Assembly (NCBI RefSeq): GCF_018977255.1
Contig: NW_024704742.1
Coordinates: 105,092,001 to 105,156,000, forward strand
DNA: 64,000 bases
DNA from: Callorhinchus milii
Taxonomy: Eukaryota
Direction of reading: 5' to 3'
Every line of letters begins with the position of its first letter. Position 1 is the first letter of the stretch. The notes beneath the pieces are model-generated. The model saw only the letters and a program-made list of their open reading frames with translations, was not told the origin of the DNA and did not search any database. Position numbers and translations under genes: made by a program. This document shows, one piece after another, positions 52,958-64,000 of the stretch.

Positions 52958-54359
52958 TAACCTAACAGTAATTGGATTTTTAAAAAAAAAAAAAACTGTC
53001 CTTAATCCTTTCAAAAATAAAGATTTCCACAACATCTGCCATGCTGATCACAGTTTATCAAAGAACAAGCTCCCAGCTGAGCTACATTTTAGCTTTTTGT
53101 ACAACAAGGAGACAGAAGGAAGATGTAAATATTACTGTTACGAGTGCATAACCCAACATCTGTGATCCATATTTCCACATCATCTCGGAAGAATTGTCTG
53201 CTGAAGTGCAGGGATGCAGCTGTTACAAGGACCGGTGAGTGTCAATTTTAGCCTCTATGGTCAAATTGCAACCAATTGTAAAATCAGTTAGAAATATTAA
53301 ATTGTTATTGTGGATATTTGTAGACTCCATAACACACAGAGGACCAAGGAACATCTACCCGGATTAGATTTTCTGGTACAATATTTCTCAATTAGACCCG
53401 ACCTGTTATTAATCAGAATCATTGGAACAAGAAATAGATAAAATTTCTTGAGGCAAAATGCTTGAGCCTTATCACAATCTACAAACACTTTAAACAAGAA
53501 ACTGCATAATATATTGAGAACATGAATATAATTAATTTTCTTAGGTATAGTACGGAAGATTCTTGTCATTGCAGAAGTGAGCTATTGACTAATAATCTGA
53601 ATGGAGAGAAAAGAATCTAATAACCATAAAGGAATAATTGCAATAAAAAGATGTTTGAGGCACTATACCGAAGATTCTACAAAAAAACATCTGACATTAA
53701 ATAGCAATTGAACGTTTGACACATAAAACATGCACACTCTCCATTCCACGCAGAATATACACTTTTCCACACACAAGCTCGGGATTATAAAAATGCTAAT
53801 AAGGTGCATAAATTGCTGCCTTGGCAATTGGAAAGTAGAGACAATGAATACAATTCATGAGGTGGATAATGAGAAAGGATAAATAACGTAGTCCACATGC
53901 AATCAACAACTCCCTTAAAACAATCCATCCAAGGCTTTGTACTTGGGGTGGACCCAAGAGAATCAGAGCAACTTCCCCCATAAGCAATTTAAAAACAAAT
54001 CTATTTATCAAAATTGACAATGGTTCAAACAAAACACTTTTACAGCAATAAATCAATGCTTTGCATGGTGCTCCAAGACATAGTATCATAATGTAAAGGG
54101 ATGTATATTTAGAGTTAGCACCTGCTGAATTCCTGAACTTAGTCATGGTAGATGGGAGTATCAAGCAGAGTGCTAAGCACCTCTCCTTGGGAGGAGGAAT
54201 CACCAGATGTGTTGGTTTAAACATGCCTCCAGATAGTTAAACGGAACATTGATGAGTAGCCTCATAAGGAACGTGTGAGTGAAGAATGGGAGGGACGTTG
54301 GCTCAAAGAAATCTTATTCTAATGCGATGCAGACTTTAATATATTACTAACATTTCCCT

Positions 54360-55008
54360 ACAACAACTTGTATTTATATAGCACCCCTGACGCAGGGCAG
54401 TGTCCCAGAGCGCTTGACAGTGGTGGAGCATGGTGCCGAGGTGGGTGGAGGTGACTGCAGGCACAGTCGAATAAGAAGGTCTTCAGTCACAACCTGAAGA
54501 TGGGGAAAGGGACATGGCGGAGGGATAGAGGAAGAGTGTTCCAGAGTTTCGGGGCTGAAAGCGCAGCCACCAATGGTGGAACGGAGGGCACGAGGGACAT
54601 ACAGAAGCCAGTCAAACGGAAACAGCGGGTTGTGGGCTGAAGGATAAGAAGGTCAGAGAGGCAGTGCAGGTGAGTATGTGGGTGAAGTTTTGGATCAGCT
54701 GGATCTTGTTCATGGTGGAACTGGGTAGACCAGCAAAGAGTGCATTTGAGAAGTCGAGTCGGGAGGTAACGAACGCATGGATAACTGTTTCAGCTGCATT
54801 GGGGGATGAGGTACGGTCGGAGGTGGGCAATGTGGAGGAGGAAGGCGATATTGGTCAGGGACTGAATGTGGAGAACAGCTATGGATCAAACCTATCATCT
54901 CGGTTGCGTACTGCTTTGGTAAGTCTGAGGGATAGGCCAGGGAGGTTAGAGCCACAGGATAGACAATGTTGACGGGAGCCAATGAGTATGGCTTCTGTGT
55001 TGTCAACA
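54360..55008 (-). mobile_element. L2-type LINE 3' fragment
   Basis: AAETVIHAFVTSRLDFSNALFAGLP motif; TTG tail at 54360. Confidence 0.88.
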
Positions 55009-55960
55009 TTTTCGGTCTAGTAAATTACCAGTGTATCACAGCTCGCTAATGTTTACTACAACACTATTCAGATTCATAAACATTTAAGTTTACTTTTGAA
55101 AACATTCCTATCTGGACACTGTTGGTCCCTGGAATTAGTTGAGAAGGGTAGATAAAGGACATTAAAGTCATTTAACCATATAATAAAAACCTGGCAATTT
55201 GTTCCCCCCAAAGAGTTTGGAGCTCACACCACTTTTCTGTACTCAATCTTGTGACAATACTCCTGAAGGATAGTCTTCTAGAACTGTGACTAGTCTTAAC
55301 AATCATCAACAAATTCTGATTTTTCAAAAACCTGAACTATTTAAGGGTGTATAATTAAGTCGATCTTCAGGATCATTAAGACAAAGAAAACATTTTGCAG
55401 TGAAACATAAATCAATTGCCATCTTGAAGATTGACTGAACAGTGAATACTGAGGGCTGAGCTCAGTATGAAGGCCAATAATGATGACCAGATGATGTTTT
55501 GGAAAAATAAGGATATGCGAAGAGAAGTCTTTGCGGGGCATGGCACGGACAAATCAAAAGCCAACATGCCAATTTTTCCAATGTAATTATCTTAAAAGAG
55601 ACACTATATTTGTATTTTGTAGATTCTTAGCTCTCCAGCCTTAAACTGCTAGTACATGGGAAATGATCCTGCGCAGAATATGTTAAATAACTATCGAGGC
55701 AGCTGCCTTCATTTATAAGAATATATAGCACTGGTAAACTTAGAGAGCTACATAAGTATCAACTAATATCCCATGACACAAATGTCAATTCCTGTTGAGT
55801 AAAGTTTTATTATTTTGTAAATAACGTGGCTTTAGTCAGTGATTTAAACTGGTGGATAATCATATTCAACTCAAATATGCACAAAGGATGACAAAGGATG
55901 AAAGGAAATAAGTGCACAAATCATGTCATCTTCACGTTTCAAATGTTTTTCTTGTAATTA

Positions 55961-56176
<216 letters not shown>

Positions 56177-56657
56177 CTAAAAAAAAAAGGTATTTTATTT
56201 CTGAAGAACATGCATTCAACATTCAATGTATTATGTTCAAAACAAATTATTATTATTATGGGGTGGAATATTTTTATGGATTAATGTGGCAGATGCATTT
56301 CAAATGTAGGTAAATGGAAGATAATGCATGATGGTAAACAATTCAGCGTTTGATACATTTGTAAAATGCCTGAAGACGAGTGTGTGTTGATGAGGGAATG
56401 AAAAAGAAAGGCACCCTATAAACTCTGATATCTCAATCATTGAAAATATCTAATTCAGATGAATTTCTCATTTCTAACCTTGTATAAATATTTTAATAAC
56501 TGGCACTATCTATAATACCAGTGTATCAAAGTGTAAAATAAGACTATTTTAAGACTCAAAGTTTCCGCCCAATCGGTTTGAAAGCCACAAAGAAATGGGT
56601 TTGTAGAAGTCCTGCCAGCGACGGAAAACTCTTAAGTACTTAAGAAAAAATTATAAT

Positions 56658-56828
56658 TTGGTCACTCAATCCATGACTGTTTGTGGGACACTACTGTGTG
56701 CAATTGACTGCCCCGTTTCGGCCCCAAAGATTCCGTCAATTCACTTCAAAACGTATTCCATGAAGAGTTTTGGGACGTCTCGGAGACGTGATAAGGCACA
56801 ATATCAAATGCAAGAATTATTATTATTA
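56658..56828 (+). mobile_element. SINE 3' half
   Basis: TGTTTGTGGGACACTACTGTGTGCAATTG...AAATGCAAG(ATT)n. Confidence 0.85.
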
Positions 56829-57039
56829 TCTACTCAAGCCTTTATACATAGGCAGATTGTCCACCATCCCAGCCACAGCTGTCAGACTCCAGATTTTAAA
56901 AACAACAAACAATACCAATCACTAAAAGCTTCATATAAATGTAAAATGTCGCTGTTGTTGTTCAACTGATAATCTTGTGATCTGTGCAACTCTACTGCTC
57001 AATATCCATATGTACAAACACAATCACACCAGATTGCAC

Positions 57040-57363
57040 TATGAAGAAAAGAGAAAATTAATCTCTTTTCTAGACTGAAAAGTTTAAAAGGAGAATTTCA
57101 AAAGAATTCATAAAATAATTAATAGTATTGATAATGTCGTAAACGCTATTACTTCAAAGTAAGCAGCAAATGGAAATTAGTGAATAGTAAAACACATCAG
57201 AGAAAGGTGACTTCACTCAGAATGGTAGATGTGCTAAGAATCTACAAGTGAGATAATTAGAGACAAAGTACAATTAGATTTCAAAATGGAAGAGTTAATG
57301 GTCTGGATGGACGAGCTTCCACAGACTAAATGGCCTTTTCTCATTCTGAATTTTCTTATGTTA
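57040..57363 (+). mobile_element. Highly degraded CR1-type 3' fragment
   Basis: TTCACTCAGAATGG and AAATGGCCTTTTCTCATTCTGAATTTTCTTATGTT resemble the other CR1 ends. Confidence 0.55.
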
Positions 57364-57458
57364 TGCATATAATTTCAGTTAATGTTTCAAAAAAGTTTTT
57401 ACAAAGGAGGAAAAATGCTACAAAATAAAGTTGACAAAAAAGGGCCCTACGAACTTAC

Positions 57459-57551
57459 AGATGAAGTCAGGTAATTCTTTGGTGATCGAATCATTCCAGC
57501 TATGGAGTGTCGAATAGAATCAAATTTTGAAACCTTGTCTTTTCCTTTATC
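57459..57551 (-). CDS. FER: FER tyrosine kinase internal coding exon (93 nt, linker before SH2; approx. human exon 11)
   Basis: Minus strand ttttcag|GAT AAA...TCA TCT|gtaagt. Translates DKGKDKVSKFDSIRHSIAGMIRSPKNYLTSS, matching the FER motif SKFESIRHSIAGIIRSPK. Phase 0/0. Confidence 0.93.
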
Positions 57552-58262
57552 CTGAAAATCACAACACAATATTGATAAGAGATAAAACATGATGAAAATG
57601 TTACACTGTAAACCCATGTTGAAACATTATGCAATGCTTATTATGCACAAAATACAATAGCTTTTAGTCACTTCATATTCTAAAACATTAACAGTTTTAA
57701 ATATTTCCTTACGTGAACATACGTAGTTCCAGTCAAAATGAAGGCCTAGAATCTTTCTAATAAACCTTTTCCAGTGTTTCTCTGTAACAGGATCTTACTA
57801 AACATGTCACTAAAGTCCTGGTATTAACTCTTCCTCCTTTCCTGGAATAACTAGACTCTGTTCAATGTTTCCCCAAGAAGCTGTTCGGAAGACAGACAAA
57901 CTCGCTGTGAGAAATCGTTGTCACAAATGAGCAACGTACTTTATGTTGAGACTTTTGTTCTGCTTCATTATGCTCCTGTTTTAAATCATGTAATTTTTGT
58001 GAAGGTTTATGGGACCGAGGTTCATATCAGCCACAGGCTAATTAGACTTCTCTTCCCTCAGCCGGTGAGAAGCCAACGTCAGTTGAAATTGGGCAGTCCT
58101 GATCTAGTTACTAAACTACAAACAAATGATGGAAAATCACAGCATGTCAGTCAGCACTTGAAGAAGAAATCTTCTATCTATAGATCTTCTATATATATTA
58201 TACTAATAAAACAACAATGTCTATCTGCGCTTCAAAAAGCATCTCAATAACCAAACTGATAT

Positions 58263-59080
58263 CAATGGGGGTAAGTGTGAGGTGATACACTTAGGCAGGA
58301 AAAATGATAGGAGGCAAAAAAGACTTGGTAGCTCAATCTTAAGGGGGGTGAACGTACAGAGAGATCTGGGTGTTCAAGTAAGCGAATCATTAAAGGTAGC
58401 GGGGCAGGTAGATAAGGCAGTAAAAAAGGCATTTGGTGTACTGAGCTTTATTAGTAGGGGCATAGAGTATAAGAGCAGGGAGGTTATGGTTAATCTATAC
58501 AAAACACTGGTTAGGCCTCAGCTGGAGTACTGCATCCAGTTCTGGGCACCTTACTTCAGGAAAGACATTAAGGCACTGGAAAGAGTGCAGAGGAGATTCA
58601 CGAGAATGATACCAGGAATGGGGAACCTTAGCTATGAGGACAGGCTGGAGAAGTTATGACATTTCCCATTAGAGCAGAGAAGGTTACGCGGGGACCTGAT
58701 AGAGGTCTTCAAGATCAATTAAAGGTTTTGACAGGTGAGATAAGGAAAAGCTGTTTCCGCTGGTAGGTGTGTCTGTGACCCGTGGTCACAGTCTTAAGAT
58801 ATCTACCAAAAGAAGCAGAGGGGAGGTTAGAAGAAATTTTTTCACTCAGCGAGTTGTTTGAATTTGGAATGATCTGCCTGAAAGGGCAGTGAAGTGCAAT
58901 TCGATAACAGCTTTTAAGAGAGAACTGGAAAGGTAACTGGGGAAGATGGGTTTGGAGGGTTATGGGGAGAAAGCTGGTGATTGGGGTTAGTGGAAGTGAC
59001 TTGCTCTGTCAAAGAGCCGGCACAGACTCGACGGGCTGAATGGCCTCCTTCTGTGCCGTAACATTCTATGAATCTATGAA
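58263..59080 (+). mobile_element. CR1-type LINE 3' fragment
   Basis: QRDLGVQV, LYKTLVRPQLEYCIQFWAP, LERVQRRFTRMIPG; ATTCTATGAATCTATGA tail. Confidence 0.95.
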
Positions 59081-59264
59081 AATGCCAGTCTGTGTGTCAA
59101 TCTACATTACATATTGGATCCTTTGGTTGTAAGTGTAGCTGCAATGGGTACAGCTAGTAGGAATATAAATCACATAGCCGACAACTTTTTGTTTTCAGAT
59201 GACAAATAACCTGATCTTTAATTCCAGCCTTCAAATGTTTCAAACGATTACCTCATGAGTATTT

Positions 59265-59685
59265 TTGGATGAGAGCTAACTTTCTCCAGTCAAATGTCAT
59301 CAAGACAGAGGCTCCCTTGTTTGGTTCCCATCACTGCCTTCTCACCCTAGGCACTGACTGCAGCAATCTACATGGATGCACACTCCACCTCCTGGAACCA
59401 GTGCTGAACCTCAGTGTCTTGTTCGACTCTCAACTGTACTTTAAATCCCACATCTGTCCTTGACCCTTTCAGCTTTTCCCCCACCTCCACAACACTCCAC
59501 ATCTCCGCCACCACCTCTCCCTTCAGGCCGCCAAAGCCTATATCCACACTTCTATCAATTCCAGGCTAGACTCTGTTTGCTGGACTTCCCAATCCTCCAC
59601 AAACTGCAGGCCATTCAGAACTCTGCAACTGTCCAGCGCCTTGGGATGCTCCCCAACATGAAAGGCGGTATATATTGTTTTTGTT
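59265..59685 (+). mobile_element. L2-type fragment with internal deletion
   Basis: MRANFLQSNVIKTEA, LQAIQNSA, then a jump to the 3' stem-loop. Confidence 0.8.
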
Positions 59686-59969
59686 ACGTTCAACACAAAA
59701 CTGTCCATCACACTCAGAGATGCAACTGGATGGTTGGTTACAATTGGGAGTGGTTTTCTGAGGTTGGGGCACAATAACGTATTATCTTGCAATTAACCAT
59801 GGAAGGAGTCGCTAGGAATGTTTAATGCTTACAATGAGTGCCTAAAATGGAAATCCGTTCCATTTGCCAGAATGTTCAAGTTAATGAGCACAAAATCATT
59901 TAAAATAAGGTTTAAAAAAAAAAGCAAACAACTTACATTGGCATGGAGAATAACATAAAAAGAGCCAGA

Positions 59970-61885
59970 AACAACAAGATTACATTTGTATAGCGCCTTT
60001 CACGTCGGGAGGACGTCCCAAGGCGCTGGACAGAGTTCAGCATTTCAGACCCAAGCTGGGGTTGGGGGGGAAGCGAGGGGAGGGGAAGGGGGGTGGCTGA
60101 TGGCATAGTTGAAGAGGAGGGTCTTGAGGCGGGACTTGAAGAAGGATAAAGAGGGGGCGAGGTGGAGTGACTGGGGGATGGAATACCAGAGGTTGGGGGC
60201 AGTGTGGCTGAAGGCTCTCCCACCAATGGTGGGGCGGGTGGGTCGGGGGATGTGGAGCAGCCGGAGCCGGCTGAGCGGAGGGAACGGGCGGGTTGGTAGG
60301 GGTTTAGGAGGTCGCGGAGGTAGGGTGGGGCGAGGCCATGGAGGGCTTTGTAGGTGAGGACCAGGATCTTGAACTGGATCCTCTGAAGGAAAGGGACCCA
60401 GTGGAGTTGGGCGAGAGTGGGGGAGATGGGGTCATGGAGTTTGGTGCGGGAGAGGACACGAGCTGCAGAGGTCTGGATTATCTGCAGCCTGTGGAGGGAG
60501 GAGTTGGGAAGGCTGACAAGCAGGGATTTGCATAGTTGACCCTAGAGGTGATGAAGGCATGAACAAGAGTTTCAGTGGCCTGAGGGGTGAGGTAGTGGCA
60601 AAGTCGGGCGATGTTACGGAGGTGAGGGAAGGCAGAGCGGGTCATGGCTTGAATGTGGGGGAGGAAAGACAGTTGAGGGTTGAACAAGACACCCAGGCTC
60701 CTGACTGGCTGGTGAGTTGTCCTGTGCAACTATGGAGGTTGATGTTGCCAGAGCCTGAGGTGCTGAGGCGCTGGTGCGAGCCAATCAGGAGGGCCTCAGT
60801 CGTGTTCACATTTAACTGTAGGAAATTATAGTTGATGTCTGACAGCAGTCTGTCAGGAGAGCAGTGGTCCTGGAGTTGAGGGCGCAGACAGAAAGAGAGT
60901 TGGGTGTCAACCGCATACATGTGGAAGTTGACCCCATGTCTGCGGATGATGTCACCAAGGGGGAGAAGTAGATATTAGAGAGGAGAGGGCCAAGGACAGA
61001 GCCCTGGGGGACGCCAGATGTGAAAGTGCGGGGGCTGGAGGAGAAACCGTTAGAGGCAACAAAGTGGATACGGTGAGAGAGATAGGAATCAAACCAGGCA
61101 AGTGCAGATCTGTGAAGATTGAGTAAAGTGGAGAGGCGGTGTATGAGGATGGAGTGGTCGACACTGTTGAAGGCAACAGAGAAGACAAGGAGGACAAGGA
61201 GGCAGAGGGAGCCCTGATCACAGATGTTCAGAATGTCATTAGTGACTTTGACCAGCGCTGTTTGTATGCTGTGGGCAGTGCAGAAGCCGGATTGGAGGGG
61301 TTCCAAGAGGGAATGGCAAGAGGGAAAGGAGCGGAGCTGGGTCGCAACGACGCCTTCCAGGACCTTGGAGAGGAATGGAAGGTTCGAGATGGGGCGGTAG
61401 ATGGAGAGGAGGGATGGATCCAGGGAAGATTTTTTCAAGATGGGGGTGATGACAGCTGTTTTTAGGGGGATGAGAACTGAACCGGTGGACAGGGAGGGGT
61501 TGATGACATCGGACAGGAAGGGGGGGCCAGAAGGTGGAGCTGGGAGACGAGGAGAGAAGTGGGGATGGGATCGAGGGAGCAGGTGGTGGGTTTGAATTTG
61601 CAGACAGTCGTGGTGAGGGAGGAGGGAGAGATAGGGTCGAAGGAGTACAGGGGGAATGGGTGGGGGGTGGGTCATGAGGGAGAGGTGATGTGGGGGTGGC
61701 TGTGGACAGGGCTGAGTTGGCTGAACGTATCCCTTTGATTTTAGACTCGAGGAAGTCCAGCATATCCTCACAGTTGGAGTTTGAGGAGAGGATGGGCGAG
61801 GTATGGGAAGGTGGACGGAGGAGATGGTTAGTGGTGGAAAAGAGAAGCCGGGGCTCATCCTTTGCCACCAAGATAACCTTGAAGT
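59970..61885 (-). mobile_element. L2-type LINE, RT region to 3' end (~1.9 kb)
   Basis: YRPISNLPFLSKVLE, QSGF...HSIQTALVKVTNDIL, GVPQGSVLGPLL, YAVDTQL; tail at 59970. Confidence 0.95.
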
Positions 61886-62931
61886 AGAAAACACCAACTT
61901 TCAAATTAAAACTGAATTTAAGAATTTTCCAAATATTCTTTAGGATTATAAATTTCTAAGACAAACTTTGAAGCAATTAGCCATGAATCATACAGCACAA
62001 TAAGATGTGAATTAAGATTCAGCTGTTATATTAAAATAAACAAAATGCTGAAATGTTTGGGAGACAATTGGATCATCATCAAATATAAATTTTAAAGGGA
62101 AAACAAAAGAAATACTTTAGCTATTGTCGGAACATGATTCCCAGTACTCAAGAGCAGTATTAAATGATGGTTGTTCACTCACAAGACAGCATGACCAAAT
62201 AAGATTGGACAGGAAGAAGAAATAAAGTGCCAGCGGGGAAAGAAATTTGGAAGACAATAAACTTCACACAAAAAGGATTGTGCTATATTTATTTATTGGC
62301 TTTGGATCTATTGAGTTTGTGAAGAACAACTTGTTATTTTAAAACAAACCACCTGAATGCCATGTAGAAAATAAAGCTAGGCAAGTTATTTTCAAAATGT
62401 AGAATTTAAAACATATTGTAAATGCAAATGTTACGGAACATTTTAGACAAAGGAGTGCAAGATTGTAAATAACTCATAATTCAATTTATGTGTGCTCCTA
62501 GTAATTCCAGTTCATGAGTGATTCTCGCGTAGCTGTAGATAATCTGTGCATTTTATTTTGGAAATCATCACAATTAATCTTAAACTCACAAATTATAAGT
62601 CTAATGATATTTGCAGCATTTACTCAATTCCAGCTTGAGTTACAGTAAGTCCTACCATACGCTGGTAACAGCACTGCACTCTGCTGCATAGCAGCAGAAC
62701 CGAATGAAACCACAGGTGCGAGTTAACTTGCACAGAATAATTGTCACATCTCTGGTTCAAAGGGAAAATGGTTGCAGCTGACAATCCGTAAGGATGCGCC
62801 AAAACATTCTAACTACTGTGATGCAGCCTGATCATCACTTTGAACAACGTCAGAAGAAAGAGCAAGCCATCAACTGAGCCCTGTTAAGTATGTGAACACT
62901 GACAGGCTTTTTATACATAATATATATTATG

Positions 62932-62964
<33 letters not shown>
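62932..62964. repeat. (TA)n(CA)n compound microsatellite
   Basis: Seen directly in the sequence. Confidence 0.9.
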
Positions 62965-62966
<2 letters not shown>

Positions 62967-64000
62967 ATCAAAAGATTAAATAGCTATGTTAAACTGCCTA
63001 TGTTATTAAGGCTACCCAGTACCATTTTCACAAGCAGGCACGTTGGGACTAAAAATTATCAGCTCATAACATCCACCTCAGGTAATGATAGATAAAGGGT
63101 CATCTGAGGATAAATGAGGCAGGGGGATTAACAACAACTCAATGTCTGCTTCTTATGCCACTGAAGTTATTATCTCAACAATATGTGCATTCGTAAGAGC
63201 TGGTATATCAGTGCAACAGGGAAAGCAATAACCTTTTATTTGCCATGATTCTTTTTGGTGAAGTTTCATCACTGCAAAATATGTCAATATTGGAGAATAT
63301 ATTTTAGGCATCAGTTCTCTACAAATTAAGCTCTCCTTATGAAGCTGAAACTCACTGGATATTTCCTTTCTTAAAACAAATATGACTGTAAGGTGATATT
63401 CAAGTTCAAGTACCACCACAATCTATTCTGACCTGAAGAACAGGAGTACTTAATGGCAGTCTTGCTATATGAAGAACAAGGGATTCTGCAACAAGATATT
63501 CCAGTTTTGTCAACTTTGATTTATTGGTAATAATATTTGTTTGTTGAACAGATCTTCATTTAGTCTATTGCAGTTGGTTTTAGTAGAGAGACTGGATAAA
63601 AATCAATTACTAAAATGATCAGAGAATGTAGTTGACTTGGGACATCCTCCCGATGCGAAAGGCACTATACAATGTAATTTTGTATTGTAATACATTGGTA
63701 TTCTTGCAGAATCACTGTGCAAGCAGTATAAGAAACAAACTACTAGGAGTTCCTTATCTAATTTCCCAGGTGCAGAGATAAGGACGTACATTAACAATCC
63801 TAGTTGTTCAACCATAGCCAGTTGCATCACTATTCCATTACACCATCCTGATTCTAAAATAAAGAGTTGTATAAACACTCATGTCTGGTTATGTACCAGT
63901 TTGTCTATTTAGTCATCTACACAGCCATCAGTCTGGATTGGCGTTAGGAAAGTTGAAATCTGTAATTAGTCCCTTCTCACTTACGAAAACTAATCTTGCC

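Noticed and set aside
57713..57805. Possible FerT-like alternative first exon (ATG at 57805, donor-like GTATGT and GTAAGG just upstream of the 93-nt exon)
   Set aside because: The ATG frame hits TAG before either donor, and I see no similarity to FerT. It would need transcript evidence.

Overview
Vertebrate genomic DNA, AT-rich and repeat-dense. The SINE/LINE families point to a cartilaginous fish, plausibly the elephant shark (inference, not verified). The whole window lies inside the minus-strand FER non-receptor tyrosine kinase gene. Six internal coding exons are visible with GT-AG boundaries (93, 204, 123, 57, 116 and 95 nt). They encode the linker, the SH2 domain and the kinase N-lobe, and there is a 43.8 kb intron between the 123- and 57-nt exons. 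The introns carry tRNA-derived and Deu-domain SINEs plus 5'-truncated L2 and CR1 LINE fragments. Most notable is a 1.83 kb, ~99% identical inverted duplication of intronic DNA (615..2551 copied to 43649..45477). The copy is bounded by a 15-bp direct repeat inside a SINE tail, and the two copies bracket three kinase exons as a potential long pre-mRNA duplex. Also present: a filled/empty L2 insertion site revealed by that duplication, a TSD-flanked palindromic Penelope-like remnant with hammerhead-like cores, and a long-TIR element with twin central hairpins split by a CR1. All alignments were done by eye and repeat boundaries are approximate.
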